Assembly (NCBI GenBank): GCA_973895155.1
Contig: OZ316893.1
Location: 11,475,660 to 11,539,659, forward strand
Direction: 5' to 3'
DNA length: 64,000 bases
Origin: Marsupella aquatica
Lineage: Eukaryota; Plantae; Marchantiophyta
The translations under genes were made by a program, and so were the position numbers. The notes beneath the pieces are model-generated. The model did no database searches and was not told the DNA's origin. It saw nothing but the letters and a program-made list of their open reading frames with translations. Shown one piece after another: positions 1 through 10,554 of the stretch. The first letter of the stretch is position 1; every line of letters starts with the position of its first letter.

Positions 1-341
1 CATACCAGTGTGGCTACCACTACAAGAACGCAAACATTCTGTACAGAGGAAGACTGAAACATCGAGAAGTCCAACTTTGCGAAAACTAGGGAAGCCAACG
101 AAGGCATGGTTGAAATATATCACGGGGACTCAATGAAAAGTACTCAATCATCTACAAAGGGAAATATATTGGTGGCCAGGGACAAAATATCCCAACATAA
201 CTCTCCAGGCAAAATTGATTGATTGATCTTGAAATGCAGATGAAACTCAATGAACCTCACACCCTGTTAGAAGGTCCATTCCAATCACTCATTGACATAT
301 TCTCGTTGCCACCATAGGTTCCGGAAATATACTTCACAAGG

Positions 342-3300
342 TCACTGTTTGTTTGAAGTAGCCTGCTTAAATAACTCAGCTGCTTTGGTTTGAGCTGATT
401 TCAAAATTGGTTTAGATGCCTCCACAACCTTTGCTGCCAAGGGTTTGGACGCATCCCAAGCCTTGACAGCGTACGGCTTTGCTGCCTCTGCGAATTCCGA
501 GGCCTTTTGCCCCGCCTGAGTACAATACACAAACCTCGAATCAGTAGAGCAAAAATAATGGGCATATAATGCTCATCGGAAACATCATTAGGTTTTCTTT
601 TGTATAATAACAAGCCCTGAACTGCTTCAAAGACCAGCAAAATCATTACTTTACTGAAATCATCTACGAAGCTTATTTAGAAACTGATCTATAAAAAACT
701 TGGCGGATAGAATATGAAGATCCACGCCACCTACCTGGACGGCCACAGGCTTAGCTTTCGCCCATGAATCCTCGACAAATGGGGTTGCCTTTGACACATA
801 TCCATCAGCAGTCTGCACATTACCATCAAGTTCACATGTTAGGTTTGATCTCCGGCAGGAATTCACAAAATCTTACAGTGCATATGCAAACGAAAATTTA
901 TTAGATTCGCACCTTCTCTATGCCTACACAATAAAGGAACTCGGGACAAATTACAAACATCAAACCGTACCCTTTGGACCTCCTCCCACTTGCTGTCTGG
1001 TGTGGTTATAAAAACATAGCCACCACCAACAGTTGCTACAAGTAGGAGGAATTGGGTCAGGAAAAGTGGAAGAAACCCATGTGTCTTCTGTTTCTCGGCT
1101 GCCACAACCTGGTTTACCTCCACATGTCAGCAGATCTACGGGACCATCAAACTTTGAGATTGGAGTCAATCAGGTGACTCTTCCCATTTTCTACAAGCAA
1201 GCCTATCTTCTGGGACCGTATTGGGCCGCTGTAGCTAAACGAGAATTCTTAAATGACAATTCCTCAGCTATGTAAGACATTCTGCTGAGAACAGAAATCA
1301 TGTAGTTGGACAACTTCAAAGACACGGAAAAACTACTCGCTCCTGTTCAAAACAAATGCCAGAAAAGATGATGTCTGAAGTACCGGTGCAACGACTTCTT
1401 TCGGGGTGCTTTGAACTGAAGTCAGCTTGGTTACTGGTGGTGCGGGTGTTGGTTCTGGTGTTTTAGCAACTGGAGGAGGCGCCTGCACATTTGACCTGTA
1501 TATTATGAAACTGTAGCATTGGCCTGGATAAACAGGCCAGCTGAAGCTGTGAAAGAGCCAAAACTACAGAGGAACTCACAACTTTAAATTTCCATGAAGA
1601 GAACTTAGAAATTCCGAACAGGATAGCGATTAACAGAGTCATCTTTCTTGATGTTAAAAACCTAACGCGTAGTCCAATTATTACGTCACAAACTTCTGGA
1701 ATTTCATTTTAGAGAATACTGCATTTGGGTAGATGGGATAGAGCCTCATTAAGACAACAATTCAAACTGTTCTTCATGTTCAGCTTGGCAAAAGTTGGCC
1801 CTTTTCAGAAAATAGTATACAAGTTAACTCACAGGAGGTGCCGGAGGTGTATATACTGGCGCAGGAGAGAAAAATGGAGATGAATAGGTGGACGCTCCTG
1901 CATCACTCTTCTGTTCGTCTGCTTGAACTGTAGGGGCTTTCTTCTCCCTGGCTGCTCTCCTCTCCTGCAAAACCCACAAAAACCAGAGAAATTACGTACC
2001 CTTCCAATCTAAATTCCTCATTACAGGCTGCAGTCAAGTCCACTGAGGTGAGAAAAACCCCCATTGAGGTAGTCGACACTATTTGTAAGGGTTCAGTATC
2101 CCTCACTTTTTATCGAGCCTCAGCGCTCATGAAATTCAGAAAAGATCGACCTTCGTACTATAACGTGAATGTAGTGAGGATTGATGACTACGCCCGCAAA
2201 CCACAGTGATGCAAATTGGGATACAATTACCTAGAAGGTGTATAGCGAGCATTGAATGGCAGTTAAGTAGCGGAAGACTGACAAAGCAGGCTACCGAGTC
2301 TACGCTCAAAGGAACTTCAGGAACAGTTCAGAAGCTTGGGGTTAAATTGTAATATCACTTAGAGTTGACTAGCGTTCACAGCAATGATGTCATTAGAACC
2401 CATTCAGTAACTCTTTCATGTTGATAAGCGAACCATGCTGATGCTACCTTCATTTTCTCTAGCAGATCTTTATAAGGTTCATCGGTCGATGAAGTAGTTT
2501 CCGTATACTCCACTGGTACCACGAACTTGTCCCACTCGGAAGCTTGAACGGCGGGCTGAACGCTCCCTGTGAAAAAAAAAACAGAATAGCAACAACTTTG
2601 TGGTTTCAATAGACAGGACTCTGAGTGCGACTGGTATAATGGGAGTGAATTAGAGTGAGGTAACACCATATTCACTGTTCCCTTATGGTCGAATTCGCAG
2701 ACGTCAATGATTTCACATCCAATGGCAAATATACTTAAGAAATTACTTGAATCCACAGAAAAATCCTTTCCCGAAAGGGGCAACTATGGCCTGAGGAATA
2801 ATTCTCAAAGAGATGCTTAACGTCGACACCAGAAGCGACCCCCACAGCAATTTGTGACTTCACGAATGAGTCCACCCGAACACTGGGCATTTCCAGACCA
2901 AATCCTGCTGGAAGACACAAATGATTGAACTCTAGAGAACGACACAAAGAAATAATTCCCAGAGTCGTCTTCCTCTGCCTCTGACCAATTTATCTCTCAT
3001 GATCTCACAATCCAGAGATCTTCAATAGGAACCAGCAGAAGAAGAGATGGCGCAGTGAGCCATTTTGAATCTCGACAAAATACTCACTAAGCCATTTCAA
3101 AGCACTTGAGCATTTCAACTCACGATTCAGTGGCTGGAAATTCCAGTTCAAAATTTGTGGGGCTTTGAGCTGTATTCCGTGCGAAATGGAGACAGACCAA
3201 CGAATGGGTGGAATCTAAAGACCACGTCAGAAAGAGCTGAAGCGTCCAAAGAAGAGAGCTCACCAACAAAAGCAGCAGCCAGCACGGGGACCACGACTGC

Positions 3301-3504
3301 AGCAGAGAGCATTCTGATGAGGGGGGCATCACTCTTATAACTGGATTCCACGCATGATCGGCCACCATCCTCACCATTCGCATTGCATCGAATGAGACCC
3401 AGCTGAGAGGCGGATTTTCTGCTGATGAGCTTGGCAGCACGGCTGGGTACGAGGGTTCTTCTGCCAGTGATAGCAACAGGGTTGCTCGCCATCATCGTCG
3501 CCAT
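342..3504 (-). CDS. Uncharacterised plastid (thylakoid) membrane protein, multi-exon
   Basis: GT-AG exons joined in frame by eye: 3504-3264, 2566-2448, 1964-1833, 1482-1384, 1108-971, 812-735, 515-342. Product: Ser/Arg/Ala-rich transit peptide (MATMMASNPVAITGRR...), hydrophobic stretch ending in an AxA-like site (VLAAAFVGSVQPAVQA), Pro-rich segment, one TM (FLPLFLTQFLLLVATVGGGYVFI), Ala/Lys-rich amphipathic tail. No family recognised; a small extra exon could be missed. Confidence 0.75.
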
Positions 3505-4055
3505 CTCGGCTGGTCTTGCGCTCGCGCTGATAATCCCCTTCAAATTGGGAACGAGCTGAGAGAGAGGGAAAGGAGAGCGTGATCGATTACTTTCTATCCA
3601 CTCGTACATGCATCCAAATGACTACGTACACCATCAACGTTGTGACTTGTGACCCACCATGGTTGTCACTGTGGCGAGGATCATGGGCTCGACGCGAGGG
3701 AGTGAGAGGTAAATGGGGTCACAGTGACAATCATAGTGGGTCGCACCCTCACCCCCGATTCGGACCCGACTTTCATCCTCACTCCCTTTCATGAGCCCGC
3801 CCTCACCCCCAATTCGAACCCGAGTGTCCGCCCTGCAGGGTCTGAAATCAGCGGCGAGTTGCCCCCCGGCTTCGAATGCAGATCGCAAACCTTGAAGTGC
3901 ATCCAGAGCCGTCCCGGCCTTACTCGTGCTTCGAAACAGGAAGGAGCTGGAGTTTGCACGAAGGTGACATAGGATGCTCCGCACAATTCACACTTGACGA
4001 ACCCCGAAAGAAGGCAAGTTTAATAGTGATTTGCAATTGTTGCTTTGAATGAGTT

Positions 4056-4063
4056 TAGGGTTT
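4056..4063. promoter_or_regulatory. Telo-box (TAGGGTTT) in the 5' region of the EF-Ts gene
   Basis: Exact reverse complement of AAACCCTA; telo-boxes are known from plant translation-machinery genes. An 8-mer may occur by chance. Confidence 0.3.
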
Positions 4064-5035
4064 ATCGTAATCGTGGAGACCTTTTTTAACCTCAGGCGTC
4101 ATGAGCCTTTTGATTTTCATTCGAGGTGAATTGGATGAACTGGATGATTGTATAGAATGTTGAACGTATAATATCTGCGGACAAGAGTAGAATGTGAGCG
4201 CTTTAAGTAATGTAATTCTGTTAGGTTTAGTGGCCTGGAAATTCAACGAGAAGGTAGCTCACATCATTCACGAATCGATCTCGAGGCCAGGCATTGAACT
4301 AATCCGGCCAGGCAGATGCAATGTACATTTCCGAAGTTAATCTCGTCTTGAAAAGGTTCAGGTGTCGTGCACAAAATGCTCAGCACAGTACAGAATGATT
4401 TCCTTTTGTACGGCCAGTTTTGCATCATGTTGAAGTCGATCACCTATTGTCGAAATTGTTTGAGTTCAGTTCTCTATGTATAATTCAGTGTATAGTTCAG
4501 GTAAAATTTTCCACCATCGAGGTACAAGTTTTATTTACTGTTCAGATTTATCAGCAATGCGTGCGTTATTCAGGTCGTGGTCGCCTTGTTTACATTTGGT
4601 GTTGGTATGAAATTGTTAAACTGTTCAGTTTAAACATCAAGCATTGGTCTTCATAGACGTGCAGGCCTGTAGGAGGCTCTAACTTGATTTGAGTTCAGAT
4701 TGCGTTGAATTGAATGGGTTTAGATATCTACTGGACTTGTTTCTTTGAAAGAATGAATGGTCTATGAAGCCCACAAGACTCCAGTTCAGAGCAAGGCATA
4801 GGATACTGCTAGATGAATTGATTTCACGCCGGGGCATGTGACCATTAATAAGATTGAGGTATGTGAGAGGTAAACAGTTATCGTTGTTACATACAGCAAT
4901 CGATTAGCGAGATTGCCTGATTGGAACCTATTCACAACAGTGAGTCTTGACTTGACAGAGGCCGATTCTTGCAGCAGTGGTGGAGCTCAGGATTTGAAAG
5001 TTGCGGAAGTAGACGAGGAAATTGGAAGCGATTGA

Positions 5036-6160
5036 ATGGCGTCACCGAGGATTAGGTTCGGCCAGGCACTGGCCAATGCGTTTAACCGGAGCATTGACAA
5101 GTGCACAGGCGCCAGCTCCATTGGTGGGCGATTGGCTCATGCAGAATGCAGAGAATATAGCATTGCTGGGGCTGGAGGAACGATTGCGCTCATCAAGCAG
5201 CTCAGAGAACGAACTGGTGCTCCAATGAAAGATGTAAAGGCCATCTTACAGCAATGTGAGTGGGATCCTGAAGCGGCATTCACGGAGTTGAGGAAAAAGG
5301 GTTTAGCAGCAGCGAGCAAAAAGGCTGGTCGAGTCGCTGCAGATGGGCTCCTCGGCGTTGCACAGGAGGGCAGAACTGCTGCAGTTGTGGAAATCAACAG
5401 CGAAACAGATTTTGTTGCCAGGAATGACCTATTCCAGCATCTGGTTTCTCAAGTCGCAAAGGCGGCTCTGGGTGTACACCCACTGCCGACCTCACCATGG
5501 GAGGCAGATATTATCAGCTTGGATGCCCTTAGGGAAGTGAAAGTCGTGCTGACTCATCCCAAACTCCAGGGAGAGTCAACAGTTGAAGAAGCAGTGGCTG
5601 AGGTAGGGTCTATCATGGGAGAGAATGTGAGGCTCCGCAGAGGGTTTCAGATGACCTCCTCGTCATCAGGGATTTTGTGTTCTTACCTTCACTCCACTTC
5701 TCATCCAGGTCTCGCCAGAATTGTTGGATTGCTGACCCTGGAACCTGAGGAGAAATCTAAATGCACCCCTGTTGCTGAGCTTCAGGCTCTGGGTTCTTCC
5801 CTGACAATGCACGTCGTGGCCCAAAGACCTCTCTTCCTTTCCAAAGAGACCATTTCCACTGAGGCCTTGCAACGTGAGCGTGACATTCTCAAATCTCAGG
5901 CACTTGCATCAGGCAAACCTGAGAAGTTTGTGGAGAAAATGGTGGATGGACGGATCCGGAAATATATGGAAGACGTGGCTCTCCTGGAGCAGAAGTATAT
6001 TTTAGAGGACACGAAAACTGTCCTGGCAGTATTGAATGACTTTTCCAAGCAACACGGAGGAAAATATACCATCGGTCGGTTTTTGAGGATGGAGGTCGGG
6101 GAAGGCATTGAAAGAATAGAGAAAGACTTCGCCTCCGAGGTATTATCTCAGGCTGCTTAG
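5036..6160 (+). CDS. tsf: Elongation factor Ts, mitochondrial (single-exon CDS, 374 aa)
   Basis: IKQLRERTGAPMKDVK UBA-like region, LRKKGLAAASKKAGRVAADG, EINSETDFVARND signature, MHVVAQRPLFLS, GKPEKFVEKMVDGR, FLRMEVGEGIE; Arg/Ala-rich N-terminal presequence. Confidence 0.96.
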   Translation: MASPRIRFGQALANAFNRSIDKCTGASSIGGRLAHAECREYSIAGAGGTIALIKQLRERTGAPMKDVKAILQQCEWDPEAAFTELRKKGLAAASKKAGRVAADGLLGVAQEGRTAAVVEINSETDFVARNDLFQHLVSQVAKAALGVHPLPTSPWEADIISLDALREVKVVLTHPKLQGESTVEEAVAEVGSIMGENVRLRRGFQMTSSSSGILCSYLHSTSHPGLARIVGLLTLEPEEKSKCTPVAELQALGSSLTMHVVAQRPLFLSKETISTEALQRERDILKSQALASGKPEKFVEKMVDGRIRKYMEDVALLEQKYILEDTKTVLAVLNDFSKQHGGKYTIGRFLRMEVGEGIERIEKDFASEVLSQAA

Positions 6161-7721
6161 ATGGTCAGCATATATGCAGAAACTTATCCGAGTATGTGAT
6201 AATTGCCAAAAAACCTTCCTTTCATTACACCCATTTCACAGGTTTGTCAGACTCTGTCCAAATCCCAGTCTTGACATGTACCTACTGTACATGTCTCTAC
6301 TGTACCATCCTCATGTATCTGTTGAAAGCTCGCTGGCAGCAACAAACCCTAAGGGTGCCCTAGTCATAGGTCAATCTAAACTTTTCGGACTGGATGTTGT
6401 CTAGTAGTTACTTGTGCAGAGAAATGTCTCCTAGCTCATGTCAAGGCTCACGTAGGCTGCGCATGATGCTGTGATACATCGAAAGTCACTTGCTCTGACG
6501 GGAATTTGGTTTTGTGTAATCCGACAAGGGAGTTGGAAGAACTTATCATCTGTGGGGACTTTTCCTCATAAACAGCATCTCTTTGGAAAGCCGCTGGTTT
6601 GATTCCTCGCAAGTAGTCCTGAATTAAGAAGTTTTCAGGTTTCTAACTTGGCGACTGAGATGAGGATGACAACTGTTCTTTATAAATGATCCGGATATTG
6701 TCTCATAGTTGGACCGGGAGTTCCCAGGACTGGGAGGTTATCAGAAAAGAGGCGGCTTGAGATGGCCTTTCGGCCGAAGTCGGTTCCGCGAGGAAGTACC
6801 AGTAATCTGAATCGAAATTGCAACTTGGATAGGGGCTTATCTGATGATATCGAAGTGTACATGACGGCGTTGCTGTTTCAGTAAATTTGAAAGTCTGCCA
6901 AATATTTCTTTTGGCAGACTAGTTCCATAAAAGTAAATGGTTTGGGGAATCACAAAATCGCCAAAATGAAGCGACTTGATGCCTGGATTGCCCCTGCCAG
7001 CGCACATCCATTGTACGCGAAAGAAATGACGTGCATTAGGTTATAGAGCTTGGTATGACTGGATATAAGGAATTATGCTTCCTTATCATTCTGTATCCAC
7101 CAAAATTTGGCGGCTTATTTGACAATGCTCTGGTGCTCTGGTTTAAAAAATTATGGCAAACTGCACCATGCAGATAATTTCTTGCTATTCGAGCATTTGT
7201 GCTTCCTTTGAGGATCGATATGGAGTGCATTGCCTTAAACCTTTTATTCCGAGTCCTCTCGTACTGGCGCAAGTTGGCATGATTTTCCTTGTGTTTTCCT
7301 TACCTAAGGCTTAGACCCTGCATCACCCGTATGGTCTGAATGTCAACACTTGACCATGAAGCGAATGGAGTCCTCTTTTGCAGAGTAACTCGTATAAGGC
7401 AGATCCTCAGGGAGTCGAGGTTAACATAGTGTTCAAATCTTTTCCAATCCACTCAGTTGGTCGTCCATTTCTTACTCTATAATTTAACCAGAAGCAGTCC
7501 TCCTTCTGATTCTATGTTTGGCTCCCCTGCTTCTGTTTTGCGCATTGAGCAAAGAGATTCCAGTTTTCTTATCACTTTCGTTTTACGGTCGTCTCACAAT
7601 GCATGTCGTTAAATTAATGAACCCATAAAATGTACCGAATATTCCTGTGTTCCCCACTCCTGATGAACTCTTGAAGTAGGTAACTCACCTCTTTTCCCTA
7701 CATCCATCTTGCATCTTGCAG

Positions 7722-8150
7722 ATGGACCCTACCTCCTCAGTTGAGAAGCATAATCCGTGTGGGAGGGAAGATAAACATTGGCCAGAAGGTAAGTGTACAT
7801 TGGAAGTACCTAAGGAATATGTGTTGCGGTCTACAGAGTATGAGCCATCTGAGGGCACCCCTGACCCTTCTCTGGCTGCTGTTGGAAACTTGGAGTTTAG
7901 CCCTCCTTCTACCCCAAAAGCCACAAACAAGCAGGATTCTTTTGAGGAGGAATTCCAGGAACTCAGCAACAGCACTTATGGCCAATGTTCAGCACCTTCC
8001 ACCGTCAGCTCTGCTTCTGGACGTGTTGCACAAAAAACACAGCGCTTGGAGGAGGCAATAGGGAGCTTGAAAGCTTTAATTCAGAGGCTTGAGGACTTGA
8101 AGAATAAGCTCGTGGTGCAGTTGAGACAACTGCAGGAGAAAGCCCAATAG
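7722..8150 (+). CDS. Hypothetical protein with C-terminal coiled coil (possibly the last exon of a gene)
   Basis: About 142 open codons preceded by an acceptor-like catcttgcag; acidic/Ser-rich middle, heptad C-terminus (LEEAIGSLKALIQRLEDLKNKLVVQLRQLQ). No homology recognised. Confidence 0.4.
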   Translation: MDPTSSVEKHNPCGREDKHWPEGKCTLEVPKEYVLRSTEYEPSEGTPDPSLAAVGNLEFSPPSTPKATNKQDSFEEEFQELSNSTYGQCSAPSTVSSASGRVAQKTQRLEEAIGSLKALIQRLEDLKNKLVVQLRQLQEKAQ

Positions 8151-9539
8151 CCCATGTTTAGTAGTCTAGACTGATCGTGCAGATTCAAGTTATGGCAGAG
8201 AAAAGTGAGTAGGATGTTTGCGGAGTTACATTTCGAAATTGTAGCAATTAGCGTACCTATCTCTTTTAACTGTTTAGCAGACCTCAAGGATCTCGAATAA
8301 CAACGTATCAACATGGAATTGATTTACAAGTTGGACCACAATATCAAATCAGGTTTGAAGCTCCTAAGCGTGGTGCATGTCAATGATGAATTATGATGAT
8401 TTGCTTTTTGCTCTACAAATCTGATGTCCTAGATCCTTCCTTGCATTCATTTCGGTTTAAGTAAAGTCGAATGATAACTTGTTTAGGCTGTATGAATTGC
8501 CTTCTAATCTTGTGATTGGAGGACGTGTGGTGGTATGTCTGGAAACACACACCGTTGTCAACAGTGCCATTGGAATCAACAATAGCTTCCTTCGGATTTA
8601 GTTGGCATTGCCCTTCTGCTCGGGAATTGTGTCTACAATTTCCAATCTCCTTTCTCGGATTTACTGGGCACACTTTCTAACAGTACTCTAGCCTATTATG
8701 ATTTCAGATTGCTTTAGTTTGGTCTCATCATGCTCGCCGGATGCTCCAGTATCCGTGCTTGTGGTGCATTTCTACTCTCAAATATCCGTGACCATTGTCT
8801 TCTGACAATGCTCTGTAGAATCTCCCCAATTTTCTTTCCTCTAGCCGCTTTTATTGAGTCAGCTGGAAAGACCATTCTGCTCTTATACCGTTCTTCATAA
8901 TTTCCTATCTATTTGGTATGACTATTTTTCTGATCTAATGCTATCTGGAGTCACCCATCTCCTTACCTAGAGTAGCTTATGTGAAGCATTGCCTGCTGAT
9001 TTTTTCTTGGGGTTGGGTGGGGGGTTAGCATTGTCTTTTGTTCTCCGCCCCATCCCCCCTCTTGGATGGTATTGATTGATGGGGCTTCAAAGAATTGATC
9101 ATCACATTTACTACTATTTTGATATGTGCACACAATTTAATTACTCGTTTAAATTGTGTGCACTCGTATGTACTACTGTTTAAATTGTGTGCACTCGTTG
9201 ATTTTAAGGAAATAATGAGATTTATCACACAACCTTGTCCATAATCACACATCAACATGTATGCACTCACTGATTTGAAAGAAATAATGAGGTTTATCAA
9301 TGTGGTAATCATATTTTGATGTGCAAGAGGTTTATCATGGTATAGAGTGATGTAGTACACCTACACCTTATAATTATGTCAAATGTTGATGTGCAATTAC
9401 CAGGACATGTTACTACTACTAGCCACCTACACCTTATATGTTGATGTGCAATTACCGGGACATGTTACTACTAGCCGGCAGTACAGTGTGCTGGTGGGGA
9501 TGCTTTGAGCTGCAGGTCTCAGCGTTAATAAGGAGAATC

Positions 9540-9690
9540 GACCCCTCCTATCCAACAGTCAATTTAAAAGACCCCTCTTTATCCATCAGTCAATTTGAAA
9601 GACCCCCTTTATCCATCAGTCAATTTGAAAGACCCCCATTATCCATCAGCCAATTGCCAAAACACCTTATTATCCATCAGAATTGCCAAA
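9540..9690. repeat. Tandem repeat, ~30-bp unit x ~5
   Basis: gacccc(t)tttatccatcagtcaatttgaaa repeated; an additional ~55-65-bp direct repeat lies at ~9358-9476. Confidence 0.85.
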
Positions 9691-10071
9691 AGCCCGCAAC
9701 TACGTCAATATCCAACGGACATTTGCAACGCATGCAAACCTTGCGTTACTCTATAGTGTACTACCGTACTACGTGTGCTGTGCCCGTCGCCGTCGTGGAG
9801 AACGATGTCACGCAGATGTAAACATTCTATTATTTATTAATTTATTATTGTCTCCCCGCGTGAAATCGAAACCATTATTTATCTTCTATTTTTAGCCGTT
9901 AGATGAATCAATCGACGGACAGGTAGTTTTACGAGTTTTGGTAAATTCGTTTCTGCCTTCTTGACTTCGATCGCCCGATGCTGTCGGGGAAAATCAGGGG
10001 AAGGAGGAGTCCTGTCAAGGCCGGGCTCATTGTTTCTCGTCGGCCCTGTTAGAAATCGCAATTTGTTTCTC

Positions 10072-10155
10072 GCTCCCCTCTCCTCTCCTCTCGTCTCCTC
10101 TCCTCTCCTCTCCTCTCGTCTCGTCTCGTCTCCTCTCCTCTCGTCTCCTCTCCTC
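10072..10155. repeat. (CCTCT/CGTCT)n microsatellite
   Basis: Pentamer run directly visible upstream of the tomosyn-like gene. Confidence 0.9.
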
Positions 10156-10157
10156 GC

Positions 10158-10432
10158 TTTTTGCGAATTCATTGAAGTATTTTGGTTCTCCTTGGCTTCA
10201 ATATCAATCTACCCTCTTCGCGCTGTTGCAGAATCTCTTGCAATTTCTTTTTCCCTCTCCTTGGCTTGATCGATACTCTAATCTCTGCGCTTCCATTTTC
10301 TTTGCCTCGCTTCGCTCTTTGCGAATTCGTTGCATTATTTTGGTTCTCCTTGGCTTCAATATCAGTCTGCCCTCTTCGCGCTGTTGAATCTCTTGCAATT
10401 TTTTTTTCCCTCTCCTTGGCTTGATCGATACT
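10158..10432. repeat. Direct repeat (~115-120 bp core, two copies) in the 5' leader of the tomosyn-like gene
   Basis: ttgcgaattc...ggttctccttggcttcaatatca...cttggcttgatcgatact at ~10158-10277 and ~10318-10432. Confidence 0.85.
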
Positions 10433-10554
10433 GGAATCTCTTCGCTTCCGTTTCCTTTGCGTTTCTTTTTTTTTCGTTCTTTCTTTGTGCGATGGGAAGC
10501 GTGGCGTGAGCAGGTGAGGAAACGGTCAGCGGGGACGAGCGTGGAGTGCACACA

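Noticed and set aside
2735-2947. Candidate extra exon (GFGLEMPSVR) for the first gene
   Set aside because: Its donor phase does not fit the next exon, whereas direct joining of exon 1 to 2566 is in frame and completes the lumen-signal motif.
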